Below are positions 51,410-64,000 of a stretch of 64,000 nt of DNA, piece after piece. The notes beneath the pieces were generated by a model. The model was given only the letters and a program-made list of their open reading frames with translations. It was not told the DNA's origin and did no database searches. Source of the stretch: Selaginella moellendorffii (Eukaryota; Plantae; Lycopodiophyta). Numbering within the stretch: position 1 is the stretch's first letter; every line of letters starts with the position of its first letter. The stretch is from contig NW_003314359.1 in assembly GCF_000143415.4 (NCBI RefSeq), forward strand, positions 281,477 to 345,476, read 5' to 3'. The position numbers and the translations under genes were made by a program.

Positions 51410-53381
51410 TCAGCAGTCAATGGTGTTATCGATTTCCCATTTGCTCAAGTGTTGTGTGAAGGATCTCCATCGTTCAGTCTGGATCTTCGAGTAGCTCGTG
51501 ACAAATTCTTCGCCAAGAGCCTGTCGCACAAGGATAAGCAGAGCTCTCGAGAAAGCAAAAGCTTACCTTTCTCAAGGTGGCAGAAGCAGAGAATTCTTTC
51601 AGAGCTTCGGCTAGACTGGTGGGAAGAATTTGCACTGCCTGCAAAGAAAAGAAAAGACAGGAAAACAACAGCCATGCTACAGAGTTCTACTTCCGAAGGA
51701 CAGAATGAGAAAACTCGCTACCTTCCCTTCAGGTGGCGGAAGATGGCCGTTCCAATCGGCTGATGGTCCCGGATGGACGTGATGATCAAGCCCGTGAAGG
51801 CCACAAGCTGCGAGAAAGTTGCGAGGTTCAGAGCTACACGTAAATCACTTGAAACTCACCCAAGATGGCAGCCTGGAAAAGATATGGATTGACTGCTCCA
51901 TCTGCGAGACGAAGTTCGAATCGACCACCGTCGGGTATGCTGCATAAAAGCTTGTTAAGTCTGCAACGACGGAAGTTCTCTGGCCTTTTGTACCGTATTA
52001 AGTGAGTACGATTGTTTCCAGTGTATGCGATGGAGCAAGGAGCCCATGAAGAGCCAGAAAGGGTGGTGCTTCCATCGATGCGCTTGTAGCTATTGACGGT
52101 GGGGTTGAGAATGGCAGTGATCGACTTGGTGTTTTGGAGCACTCCTCCGAGGAACTCATAAGCAGTCGTGGACAATCCCTGCAAGGAAAGAGAAAGAGAT
52201 CAAAACGAAGGTAAAAGACTGGGGAAAGCTCACAAGCTTGTCCTGCTTGTCAAGGAAAACGTTGTGCTCGCCGGAAGTATCCCAGACAGAGACATGGCAA
52301 TGTGTTCCATTGCCAGTTTGGTTTACAAAAGGTTTGGGCATAAACGTCGCCTTGAGACCTGAGAAAAGACCACAGGAGATCAATCGATAGAGCTCGAGAA
52401 AGCGAAGAAAGAAAAGAAGAGGTACCATATTTTTCAGCTAGTGATTTCACCATGAACTTGAAGAAGACGTGCTTATCAGCAGTAGCGATGCAATCGTCAT
52501 ACTCCCAGTTAATCTCAAACTGACCATTTGCATCCTGGAGCAAGAAAAAAGAAGCTGGGAAGATGACGATAAAAACCAAAAGGTTGAACCTCGTGATCAG
52601 CCTGATATGGTTTCCATCCAAGAACTTCCAAGTAGTGAAGAACTTCCGAGATCAGGTCGTACCGTCTCATGAGAGCAATCTGGTGGTAAGCAACAAGTTA
52701 TGGTTTTCTTCTCTCTTGTATTTTTCCCTGTTTCTTACCTGTTCGTAGCCTGGTTTCTCTGCCTTATCCAATCGATCCGACAGCTGATGAACATCGCTAC
52801 TTCCGGACAGGATGAAAAACTCGCATTCGACCCCGGTTTTCATCCTCAAGTGTTTACTCTCGGCAATCTCAACCTGTGAAAGCCATGAATTCTTCTCAAG
52901 AAAAGAGTTTTGACACACCTGAGTTCGTAAGACTCTGCGAGGATCCTGTTGTACGGGCTTGCCGTTCATGTACAAATCGCTGGCCACCCAAGCTACTGCT
53001 GGTTTCCATGGAAGTTGGATCACGCTTCGAGGATCAGGCACCGCAAACTAGAAGAAAAAAACGCTCTTTTTAAGTCGCACTCTCTCTTCTCTATTGGCTT
53101 CACCAGGTCGGGATCCGCTGGACTCATGTCAAAGTGTGCGGCATAGCCAGCAAACCCAGCTCCTTTGATCTCCATCTCGCGGATTGCTGACTTTGGAACG
53201 AGCTTCGCTCGAGACACGCCTAATAGGTCCACGAAACTTATCTGCATTGATTGTTTTTTCGCAAATCTTTAGCTAGGACCGTGGCGCTCGAGATCGCTGC
53301 TCGTTTACATACCAGGAAATTTTCCACTCCTCTCGCTTGAGCGAAGCTCTCGAGCTCGGAAGTCGCGGCTCCAGGCGCCAT
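51410..53381 (-). CDS. GlnT/GmaS-type glutamate-amine ligase (gamma-glutamylmethylamide synthetase-like); 12 exons
   Basis: ISFVDLLGVSRAKLVP, GAGFAG, IQLPWKP, KTGVECEFF, YQADHEDANGQFEINW, ATFMPKPF, GNNRTH, RFELRLADGAVNPY; ends WEIDNTIDC*. Confidence 0.88.
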
Positions 53382-53515
53382 CGCTCTCTCTCTCTCTCTC
53401 TCGGTGCTCCACAATAGTGACGTGGGCAGTTCTTATTGGCCGCAGCTCACAGCGGGATATTCCCCTAAAATTAGAATCTTTTCGCCCTAGCTAGGGTTTA
53501 TAGCTCGGCTCGGCC

Positions 53516-55796
53516 ATGGAAGGCAGCAATGCGTTCGTCTACGATCGACTGGCGCCGATCGGCATGGATTTCGCCCTAGGTGATGCAGATGAGATTGTAG
53601 AGGCGCCGGCTGTGAGAAGCGAGGATGGAAATCCGGGTGCTTCCGCCGCTCCGGGAAGCGTGATTGAAATCAGCGATGGCGAGGCGGAGATTGACTACAT
53701 TTCGCTCGCTGTCGACGGGCTTGTGAAAGCCGTGGAGCAGGAAGAGGATCCCGACGAGGCCTTGGTAAATCTCGCCGCCAGTGACGAGTTGGACCTGGAA
53801 GTGGACAACTACAATGACAAGAAGATTTGGCCGTGGATGGAGGCTAGAGAAACGAATTTCCGGAGTCCAGTGCTCCAGCTCCATCAAGGTTCGCGCACTT
53901 TTTCTGGGAGCTAACGAGCTCATTTTTTTTTTCCTGTGCTTCAGAGATTTTAGATTTTTGTACGTTCATCTCACCGACTGTGGAGGAAGAGGCCGAACGT
54001 GCTGCAGCTATTAATCGTATAAGCAATGCGATAAAGTCGCTGTGGTCACACTGTAAGGTCCGCTTCATTCTTTTTTCTTGATTATGGATCCAGCCTTGTT
54101 TGCTTTTGGTTCTAGATTGAAATTTTTGGATCATATGCTACTGGGCTCTATCTTCCGACGAGCGACATTGATGTGAGACAGCCCGTTCTGATTTGTTTAG
54201 TTTTCTCTTTTCTGAACACAAAAATTGCAGGCTGTGATTCTAGACTCAGGATGCGATAGGATCGTAAGCGGTCTTAGAGCAATTTCCATAGAGCTTAGGA
54301 AGCGAAAGTTGGCCAGGAAAATAACGGTAGACAATTGTAATTGGAATCACAACTAACTGCTGTCTTGATGCAGATCATATCAAAAGCACGCGTCCCGATT
54401 ATAAAGTTTGTGGAATCAACGAGTGGAATTTCATTTGATATCAGGTGAAGCAGCGTGATAAGCCATTTCATTCGTCTTGAATTTCCTTTTCTTCCGCTCC
54501 TTAGTTTCGATTTAAGAAATGGACCCGAAGCAGCAAAGTTCATACAGGTGACTTCATTATGGAAGTTAGAAGGATTTTTGTATGTGACTGTGCTCCTTCC
54601 AAACAGCGAGCTATTGGAACTTTGCCTCCTCTGCGGCCTTTATGCATGGTGCTAAAGATCTTTCTTCAACAAAGAGAACTGAATGAGGTATAATTTGATC
54701 ATGGCAAGGAAAGGTTTAACCGTTGATGTTGTAGGTGTACTGTGGTGGAATAGGCTCATATGGTCTTCTAATCATGCTCATTACGCATCTTCAGGTAAAG
54801 CATATCATGACTTCTGTATTATCTGCTGATTGACTTTCTTCCCAGATGCACCCGAGTCGGCATCATGGCGGCAATCTCGAAACTAATCTGGGTGTTTTGC
54901 TGGTAGTACACACGAATTTTGTTCCATCTGAATCTCTCATTTCTATATTTTATTGCAGCTGGACTTCTTTGATTTGTTTGGTCGTAGTCTCAACATAAGA
55001 GAGGTTGGGGTCTCTTGCGCTGATGGTGGAAGGTTTTTCTCGAAGGTTTCGAAGGGGTAAGTTTAATATATTCTGTTTGGTCAAGGACTCTTTGTGATGC
55101 AACTTGCAGGTTTGTTGATTACAAACGGCCGTTTTTGCTAGCTGTCGAGGATCCTCAGGTATTATTTCTACATATTTGTACTGCAGATAGTAAAACGCTT
55201 ACATATTCCAGGCACCAGAGAACGATATAGGAAAGAACTCTTTCCAGATTCCCAAGGTACGCGAGAAGACTTTAAAGTGATGTGTATACGTTTACAAGAG
55301 CTGCTTGTTGTAGATCCGTGCGGCATTCGTCCTTGCCCACAGGCTGTTGGCAACGACTACTGCAAACACTGGAAATACTGGAATACTGGGCCGAATCATT
55401 CGCGGCGACAGCATTCTAACCAACAGGAAGCGCACGACGGCCGGTGACGCTAAGGCTTGCACGTACTTTTTCGATCCAATAGAGGAGCTACCCGATGCCG
55501 ACACAATGCAGCCGAAGAAGTTCAAGTACAAGAAGAGACACAGGCCGGACGACTCCAAGCAGCACAAGAAAAAGAAACGGGAGGAACACGAGGAACGCAG
55601 GAAACGAAAGCGCGATGAGGCCTCCTCGTCAAGCCGGAACTCAAGGTGGAAGAAAGTGGAGGAGAGGGAATCGCCAGGCCCGAGATTGTCGAGGAGGACT
55701 ACATACACTGATCACTGCGACCACGACGGCGTGGACACGGGCCTAAAGAGAGTCATCGTGGCCTCGCCTTCGCACAAAAAGTTTAAGTACTCGTGA
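53516..55796 (+). CDS. TRF4/PAPD5-like non-canonical poly(A) polymerase (TRL), multi-exon
   Basis: LQLHQEILDF, FGSYATGLYLPTSDID, KARVPIIKF, QRELNEVYCGGIGSY, AVEDPQ; basic low-complexity tail. Confidence 0.93.
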
Positions 55797-56037
55797 GAAG
55801 AGACCCCTCAAACTAAACCAAAGCCTTACGACCGCGAAAGAGATTTTTTCCCGTCAACGTCCGGGCACCACTTTTACTATCGAAACACGAGACTATCGAA
55901 GCAAAGAGAGCGATCAAAGCCAAACTTAACGGGTAAAATCAGGAGATCCACTTTATATTTTGGAGGAGTGGAGCAACTTGGCACTACTCTTATCCTCTCG
56001 GGACGACGAGATACTGGAGAGTTTGAGCCGGGCAGCC

Positions 56038-56997
56038 ATGGCAGGAGTTTTGGGAGCCTCATCGTCTCTCACTGCTAGCAGGGGTGAGAAGAATTGGGAG
56101 AGAGGTAGCCATAGAGGACTAGCTGCTTGGAGGAGCTCTAGAACAGCTCGGCTGCCAGGAATTGGAGACGTGTGCTACAGACTGGAAAGACCAACAAGAG
56201 CTTCTTCGCCAATTTCTTCTTCTTCGTCTTCTTCCTCTTCGACAGCAGCACCCAGTGGTGCTGCTACCTCCTCGGCCAAAGGAAACAAAGGCAATGGCAG
56301 CGCCACCAAAGAGGATCCCGTCAAGATGATATCCACGGAGCTCGAGTTCCAGGCGATGCTGCGGGACGCGGGCGAGAAGCTGGTGGTGGTGGAGTACGCC
56401 GAGAGCCACAGCGTCAACAGCAAGCGGATATATCCGGCCATGGTGGAGCTGAGCCGGACGTGCCCGGACGTTGTCTTCCGCCTCATACTGGCTGACGAGT
56501 CGGAGGAGACCAAGGAGATGTTCCGCCGGGAGGGCGTCGCGAAGGTCCCCCACTTCATCTTCTACAAGAGCGGCGAGAAGGTCCACGAGGAGGAAGGCAT
56601 CACCGAGGACATGCTGCTTGGGGACGTGCTCTACTACGGCGACTCCTCCAGCGCCATCACCCAGCTCCACAGCCGCGGCGACGTCGAGGCCCTCATCCGG
56701 AAGCACAGGGACGACGGTAAGCTCGTTGTCCTCGACGTTGGTCTCAAGCACTGCGGCCCCTGCGTGAAAGTGTATCCCACCGTCATCAAGCTGGCCAAGA
56801 AGATGGCCGACACGGCCGTGTTTGCGCGCATGCACGGCGACGAGAACGACGACTGCATGGCCTTCCTCAAGGAGCGAAACGTCGTCGAGGTGCCGACGTT
56901 TCTCTTCATCCGCGGAGGCGAGGTGCGCGGGAGGTACGTCGGCTCCGGCAAAGGCGAGCTCATCGGAGAAATCCTGAAACATCAAGGCGTCATGTAG
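56038..56997 (+). CDS. CDSP32: Chloroplastic drought-induced stress protein of 32 kDa (two thioredoxin modules), intronless
   Basis: Transit peptide; LVVVEYA...S..IYP.MVELSR; [17 protein letters not shown]; [14 protein letters not shown]. Confidence 0.96.
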   Translation: MAGVLGASSSLTASRGEKNWERGSHRGLAAWRSSRTARLPGIGDVCYRLERPTRASSPISSSSSSSSSTAAPSGAATSSAKGNKGNGSATKEDPVKMISTELEFQAMLRDAGEKLVVVEYAESHSVNSKRIYPAMVELSRTCPDVVFRLILADESEETKEMFRREGVAKVPHFIFYKSGEKVHEEEGITEDMLLGDVLYYGDSSSAITQLHSRGDVEALIRKHRDDGKLVVLDVGLKHCGPCVKVYPTVIKLAKKMADTAVFARMHGDENDDCMAFLKERNVVEVPTFLFIRGGEVRGRYVGSGKGELIGEILKHQGVM

Positions 56998-57048
56998 GTA
57001 GAGAAGAGTAAGAAAGATTTGCTTACCGCTCTGTAACGAGATGATATC

Positions 57049-58670
57049 TTAGCTTGCTCTCCTTCCTGCTATCTCTTTCCTGCTATCAGTAACTATCCTG
57101 AGACTCCAATAGATATTTGCCATGGATAAGGCCGCGCCATGCCTCTCGTCCAGCCTCACCACCCTCCGGTAGTGCTCGAGCTCGAAGTACTCCTTTCCCT
57201 TGTCAACCAGGCCGGCATGGCTGCAAGCGGCGAGGATAAACGTGAAAGTGATGGCATCTGGACGGAGGCCTCTGTCTTGCTTGAGGTTGAAGAAGTCGAT
57301 AGCGCTCTCTGTCTGGCCTTGGCGACTGTATCCTGTCGTCCAAATCATAGAGTCTTTCGTTTTAGAACCAAATAAATCGAATACCTGTCGTGCTTCACCC
57401 ATTCTCCCACACTCGCAATAGAAGTCCACCAGGGAACTCAAGTTTCTCTCGAGGCCGCTCTCACAGACTTGAGTGCGAATTTGTCTCCCTGTCTGTAGTG
57501 CTGCCAGCCAAGTACAGGCTTTCAATCCGGCCAACCGGGAACGCAGCCTTCCTGTCCAAACAGTTCCAGCCCCGTCTCGGCTTCCCCGTTTTCTACGTAT
57601 GCCAGGACAAATGCCGTCCATGAAACCACGTCCTGTGATGGCATTCTGTTGAAAACTTGTCGAGCATCCACCAAGCTGCCGCACTTCGCGTAAAGATCGC
57701 CCAAACTGCTTCCCACGAACACGTCTCTTGAATCAAAACCGTGCTTTGCTGCTCTGCTGTGAACTTCCATCCCTTTCTCCAAAGCTCGGAGCTTCACCAG
57801 CGTCCCATCGATTCGCTGGAACGGCTCTTGCGTATCGCGCACGCCAGGATTGCAGCAACAAAAACCTTGGCATCCGCTACACACCCTCCATCCGACTGCA
57901 TCCTTGAGAAGAAATCCTAGGCCACCTCGGCTTCACCGTTTTGAGCGTGTCCCAGTATGATTGTCGTCCAGGAGACAACGTCTCGACGGGCCATTCCTTC
58001 GAAAACTCTGCGGGCCTCCGCCATGTTGCCAGCCATGGCGGTGGCAACGAACACATCAGACTCGTAGCCGCTGCTCACAACTTGCGAGCAAAACGATCTA
58101 AACACCTGGAAAAGCCTTTTGTTCTCGCTGCCAAGCTGCCGAAGGTCTTGAGCACCGCAAAACGCTTGACCATCTGGCATGCAGCCCTCGCACTGCATGA
58201 GCGAGAAGAAAAACATGCCTACCTTGTTCTCGCCATTCAGGACGTACTGTACAGTCCCGTTCGATCACAAGTTTGGCAGCTCGTGCCCCAGGATCAAACT
58301 CGTCCACGACACAACGTTTGGCAGGAGAATCCCTCAAAGACTCCGCGAGCTTCCTCAATTCTCAGCACGTTACACACGTAGACGTTGGAAAGAACTCCAT
58401 ACCTGTCAGCTTGAGTGTGCAAATCGACCGATCTCGGGCCAAAATTCGAGCCTCTCCTCCTTGGCCGCCAGATTGGAGCACGCCATGACGGCTGCGACAA
58501 AGCTCGGCGAATCCGGGGCACATCCCTCAGCGCGCATGCGGTGAAATATCTCTAGAGCTAGATATTCCTTACCGCTCTCAGAACGAGCGACGCCCTCGAA
58601 GATCCGGCACGCTTTAGCCATGTTTGCGCAGAGGTACATGTGAATCAGCACCTCGCATTCGAGGAATAGC
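57049..58670 (-). pseudogene. Frameshifted PLS-class PPR gene
   Basis: Fragments in several frames: YAKCGSLVDARQVFNRMPSQDVVSW, LAACSHAGLVDKG, EARRVFEGMARRDVVSW. Confidence 0.85.
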
Positions 58671-58709
58671 CGAGCCGATCGAGTTCGGCGTGGAGGAGCC
58701 CTAAAACTT

Positions 58710-60500
58710 AAAGGTAAAATAGTTTAAAGTAGAGGTCTGATAGCATTTAGAGGGAAAGATCTGAACATTCTAAAGATCATTCATCTAGTCCTAGTTGCCA
58801 AGATTTATTTGGTCACATCCTCAAATAAAGTTCTATAAAACCATGCACCTCTTGGTCTAAATGATAAAATGATCCATCCCATTTTTATTGTCCCCAATAA
58901 GTATAAAATTGTTACAAATGTTTTAAGAGCATGGGATTATAATATTCAATACAAGTGAAATTAAGTTAATAAATTCAAGTTTTAATATAAAAGACCAAAA
59001 CTTTATTTTGTAAATTAGATCAAGGTTTTTTATATAAGTTAAATAATTTAAATTTACTTTAAAAAATAGGTATATTTATAAATTATATCATAAATTACAA
59101 CCTATTAAGCAAAAATGGACTCTGCCACTTCATCAAAGCAAAAAAATAATAAATTATTACTAATGTGAACTTTCAATCCAAACCTCTTAGCTACCTTTTC
59201 CACATTATCAATTACATAAAAAATATTAACCATTGTGCTTTTTATAAGTTTTTTAACTTAAGTTTTTATGATTTTTATTTTCATCATCCTAAAAACTTTA
59301 TTATTCAAAATATTAACTTTTAATAATTATCAAAAAATCCATAAATATGTATAAAACACACATTTAGTTTAGTAAAATATAACTTTTTCCTCAAATAATC
59401 AGATTCCACACTAGTGTGCTTTTAATTAGTATAAAAGTTTAACTATTTTATTTTAATATTTTTAAATATATTTTATAGAGACATTATTTATTTCTTTCCA
59501 TTAAATTAAATAAAATATTATCTTTAAAATTATTAATAAATTATAAAATATCATATTTATATAAAATAATAATACTTTATTTTTATTGTTAAACCACAAA
59601 AACCTTTCTTGATTTAAACAAATTATTTTTATACTTCAGAAGTAAATATTATAAATTATAATGTAAAACTTAAAAATCCTTTATAATATTGAAATATATT
59701 TATAAATATAAACTTTTAATTATAAATTTTTAATTTACACTCTCTTTATATATGCTTAATATGCTTGAAAATAAAATATTTTCTTATAGTTTAAAATATT
59801 TTTAAAAGTTAGTTTAAAAATAACTTTTTTATAAGTTAGTTCTTAACTTTTAGTTTAAAAATTGTGATAGTTTAAACTTTAAAAGCATAAACTTTTACAT
59901 GGAAGAAACTGTGAAGAAAATAAGACAATATTTCTATATTAGAGTAAAAACTTTATATGGAAAGGTTATATTTTCTAGTTTATTGGGATATAATTTTAAA
60001 AGTTTATTTTTATTAATTGAATCTCTCAAAATATCATGCACAGTTACTTATAAAAATTTCTATGAAAATTCACAATTTTGGCTTGCCTCAACATTAATTA
60101 TATTTTAAAATAAATGAGTTATAGAGTTATTTATGTTTTTATTTTATTACTTACTGTTGCCAAGTGAAATTTGAAAGTCCATTATAACTATTAAAATATA
60201 TTTAAAAATATAAATATTTTTTTGGAATTATTTTATTTAACACACTGAGTGATTCTTAACAAAAATAAATCATCAAAAGCTTTTATAATATCTTAAATAA
60301 GTTTTATTTTCATTTGTTAAAATTTTTGTAGTTGCAAGATTAAGAACCTAAACTTTCATAATAAGGATGTTAATTTTTTTTATGAGTGAAACTAGATTTT
60401 TTAATATTTTTAGACATAATTTAAAGATTTAATTTTATTAACAATTATCTGACTCTTAATTATGTATATAAAAGCACAGTTGACAGTTATTTTTACAAAG
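58710..60500. other. Extremely AT-rich non-coding island
   Basis: Abrupt compositional shift at ~58710; no credible ORF. Confidence 0.7.
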
Positions 60501-62089
60501 GCAATTGGATATGATAGTGATGCAGTGATCACTTTGAGCCCCCAGGGGATACTAGGAGTACACTTTGTGGTTTTGTATTCTGAATGCTAGCAACTCCACT
60601 TGGTTTTGGCAGTTTATATAAGCCACAACAACACCAAGCACCATCAAAGTAGACATTGGCCATTCAGTGATGAGGCAACCAGGACCATTTTACAGATTCA
60701 GCAGTCCAAGCAGAAAGGCTTTTTCTCTTGTTGGCTTTCATATATTAAGTAGTCTCTTCTTATGTCAAGTTAGGAGTCCTCCAACTTCCACCCACACTAT
60801 TTCCATCTAGTGAAAGAACAAGAAGATCGAGTATGAAGCTTAAAGCGTGAAGATTTTTTGGATCGAGGAGTGGAGCAAGGCTCCCAGCAACTCACAACAC
60901 ACTTGCATTTTTGCATTCATCAGTCTCATGCTTCAGAATGGGCACCAGAACAATATCAAAACAGCATTAGATCTCTTCCTGCAGAGCTGAGTATTAAAGA
61001 TGTGGAAAATGGGCCAGTGAAATCAGATTTGCTTTCAGGTGAGAAATGTCTGTCTCTCAGGTGCTATCGTGACGTGAATATCAGGGGATTTGTCCAGTGG
61101 AAGAATCGGAAGATCGACCAGGAGTCCCTCTATGGACAAGCGGAAGCAAAGGGGCCAAACAAAGAGGGAGCTCAGATGGTGGACCAGACTTCATGCTCGG
61201 AAGAGGAAATGTTGGCATTGCAAACTTTATCACTCAGTTTTCGTTCCGTGAGACCTCCACTCCACAGTCTGCCCTGACCTGATAAGGATCAGGGTATGTA
61301 AAGCATCTGTTGAGGACCATGGAAAACTTTGTAGCATTGAAGCGGATAAGTGGTCCGAAACTTCTCTTTCACCCATGCTTCCAGATAACAGGTGGAACGG
61401 CTCTTGGATTGACACAACTCTCCTAAAGAATTAAACCTTGGCTTCACTGTTTTGAGCGTATGTCCCCTCGAAACTCGGACGTTTATGTCGATCATGACTG
61501 GAAACGGCCACATCAGAGTCGTAGCACAACTTGCGAGACCGTCTCTTCCCGTCGCTATGACCGGAGCGTTTTGTTGCTGCCAAAGGCCAACGCTTGACTG
61601 CGTCCCTCGTATTGCATGAGAAGTCTGGGCGATCGAAACGATTCTAGAGCACGTTACATACGAAGGAATTCCAGACCTGCTAGCTTGAGCATGGAAATCT
61701 TGGCCTAGTCTCTTCCTTGGCCGCCAAATTGGAGCGCCAGAAGGAATACCCGAGTCGTCCTAGAAAGAGAAACGAAGACGCCTTAAAGTCGTAAAGGAGA
61801 ATATACTAGTGAATATAAAATATTTTAATTTCGTCATCATCCTTTGTTTAAATAGCTCGGTTGTTGGTGAGAAGAAATGTACAGGGAGGGTAGAAAGTAA
61901 AAAGTTTTCGGGGACGAAGAAAGTTATGGCAAGAGAGGGAACGAAGAAGCACCGAGTGTACGTAACCTTGATGACAAGAGAAGCCTGGGAGAGACACAAA
62001 CAATCTAAAGAAAACTATACCCTCGATACTTCTTCCACTCCATCACCTCCATCGGAGCTCTGGAATTTCTGCCCAACTTTTCTCCGCGG

Positions 62090-64000
62090 CTACTCGGGCC
62101 CAGCTGCAAGGATTTCCTTGGTCAGGTCCGCGTTCCCCACGCTCTGATCTGTAAAGTTCTCGAAGTTCTTCTTAAACAGGCCCGCCAGACGATTCAGGGT
62201 CTCGAAATAGGCCTTCTTGTCCCACCACTGCCAAATAATTGAAAGCCTCGTGAGTCCAAATGGAAAGAACGAGAAACGAGAAAGAGGGAAAAAACACAAG
62301 AGCTTCTCTTACCATGTTTTCTGGATGGAGGAACTCGGACGGGACACCTTCCACTTGATCTGGAATGTGAAGCTTAAAGATTGGAGTCTCCGAGTAGTTT
62401 GCTTCCAGCAGCGAGCCATTGTGGATGGCATCGATGATCTTACGAGTGTAGGCCAGCTTCATTCTCATCCCGACACCATAGCTGATAAAACAAACAAGAT
62501 GCCACAACAGTGTGAGATGCATTGCATCATCGAGAGAAGCGCGACAAGGAAAGGTACCTGCCACCCGTCCAGCCAGTGTTGACAAGCCATGCCGTGGCCC
62601 CATAAGTTTTCATTTTCTCCGCCAGCATTGCTGCGTAGCGAGTGGGATGGAGCATAATAAAGGCCGCCCCGAAGCAGGCAGAGAAAGTCGCCTGTGGCTC
62701 CTTGATTCCATCTTCGGTTCCGGCAACCTGGAAGAATTCAACGCACTTGTAACAATCAATACTTTCTCTTGACGTAGACTTACCAAAGCAGTGTATCCAC
62801 TGATGAAGTGGTACATTGTTTGCGGTAAGTCGAGCTTGCTGACAGGAGGGAGGACCCCAAACGCGTCACACGCAAGTAATATCACGTTCTTGGGATGGCC
62901 TGCGACGCAAGGAAGTTTGACATTGGGGATGTACTCGATTGGATATGAGGCTCGAGTGTTTTCTACGAAATATTGCACAGTATTAAGAAACACATAAGGA
63001 AAACTTCTTAACACATACCAGTGACACCCTTGTCTTCGTAATCAACTTCACGAGAGTGCTCGTCAAAGACAACGTTTTCCAGCACTGCAAAAACCGATCA
63101 TTGAGCCCGTAGTCTGAATAATTAAAATATCAACTTACCAGTGCCAAACTTGATAGCGTTGAAGATATCAGGTTCTTTCTCCGGTGACAAGTCCACACAT
63201 TTTGCGTAGCAACCACCTTCGATGTTTGAAACACCATTGTCACTCCAGCAGTGCTCGTCGTCACCAATTAAGTACCGGTTGTGGTCCGTCGACAATGTGG
63301 TCTTTCCGGTACCTGACAAGAAAAGTGCAAGGAAGCGATTAGAAAAGCAAAAGGAGGACACGTCCTACCACTAAGCTAGGACCCAATACAATACCTGATA
63401 ATCCAAAAAACAACGCGACATCCCCGGACTTTCCCATATTGCAACCGGAGTGCAACGACAAAATTCCTCTTTTCGGCATAAGGTAGTGCATCACACTGAA
63501 TAGACCCTTCTTCATCTCTCCGGCGTATTGCGTCCCCAGGATCACCATCTCTCTCCTCTTAAGATTAATATCTACACTAGTGGACGACGTCATGTAGTGT
63601 GTATACCGGTTGCAGGGAAACTGGCCAGCGTTATAGATTGTGAAGTCGGGCGCGCCGAAGTCCTCGAGCTCTTCAACAGTCGGACGAATACACCTGACAC
63701 CCATACTTTCAGCACTTCTACACTAGAATCTAGTCCGGTAGACAGGCAAGCAGCTGGCCCAGTAACACACACACACGGCAGAGAAAGGGTTTAGATACGT
63801 ACATGTTGTACATAAACAAGGAATGATACGCCCGTGCTGATATAATTCGGACTTTAATTTTGTTTTCGGGATCCCAATTTAAAAACTGGTCATTGACAAA
63901 CACCTGCGAGCGCAAACACGTCAAAATCCCACCACGACTTGAGAAACTAGCACAAGTCACCTTCTCCAGAGAGTTGAGATAATCCACAGCTCGTTCGCGA
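62090..64000 (-). CDS. PCK1: Phosphoenolpyruvate carboxykinase (ATP), 3' part; the 5' end lies beyond the window
   Basis: [63 protein letters not shown]. Confidence 0.96.

Noticed and set aside
60858-61513. Short ORFs between the AT island and PEPCK (also 42251-42894)
   Set aside because: Fragmentary, with no recognisable domain; probably decayed sequence.

Overview
Eukaryotic nuclear DNA from a very gene-dense land plant: ~50-65-nt GT-AG introns, intergenic gaps of only tens to a few hundred bp, GC-rich exons and degenerate PLS-class PPR debris. This is most consistent with the lycophyte Selaginella (inference, not verified). About 27 intact protein genes, one tRNA-Gln and several pseudogenes or mobile-element relics are present. 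Most genes are recognisable housekeeping genes: NDUFB7, HAC/CBP, UBC23/24, CHLI, CPP1-like, MBD8-like, PPR, CER3-like, 2ODD, MFS, KATNAL2/CCP1, DUF177, PBAC5, P4H, SFC1, GMC/HOTHEAD, DUF220, TRF4-like, CDSP32 and PEPCK. Four items stand out. (1) A 4-exon, 65-aa prefoldin/ASDURF-like microprotein, missed by the ORF track, appears to be spliced onto the DUF177 gene as a bicistronic mRNA, with an 11-nt stop-to-start spacer; it lies head-to-head with PBAC5, with only 69 bp between the ATGs. (2) A tandem array of RGS1/GPCR-like 7TM genes carries a C-terminal coiled coil instead of an RGS box. (3) There is an intron-rich, bacterial-type GmaS/GlnT glutamate-amine ligase. (4) There is a bacterial-type MetX-like hydrolase with an added targeting exon. 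All family calls come from motif recognition by eye, and exon boundaries are manual predictions.
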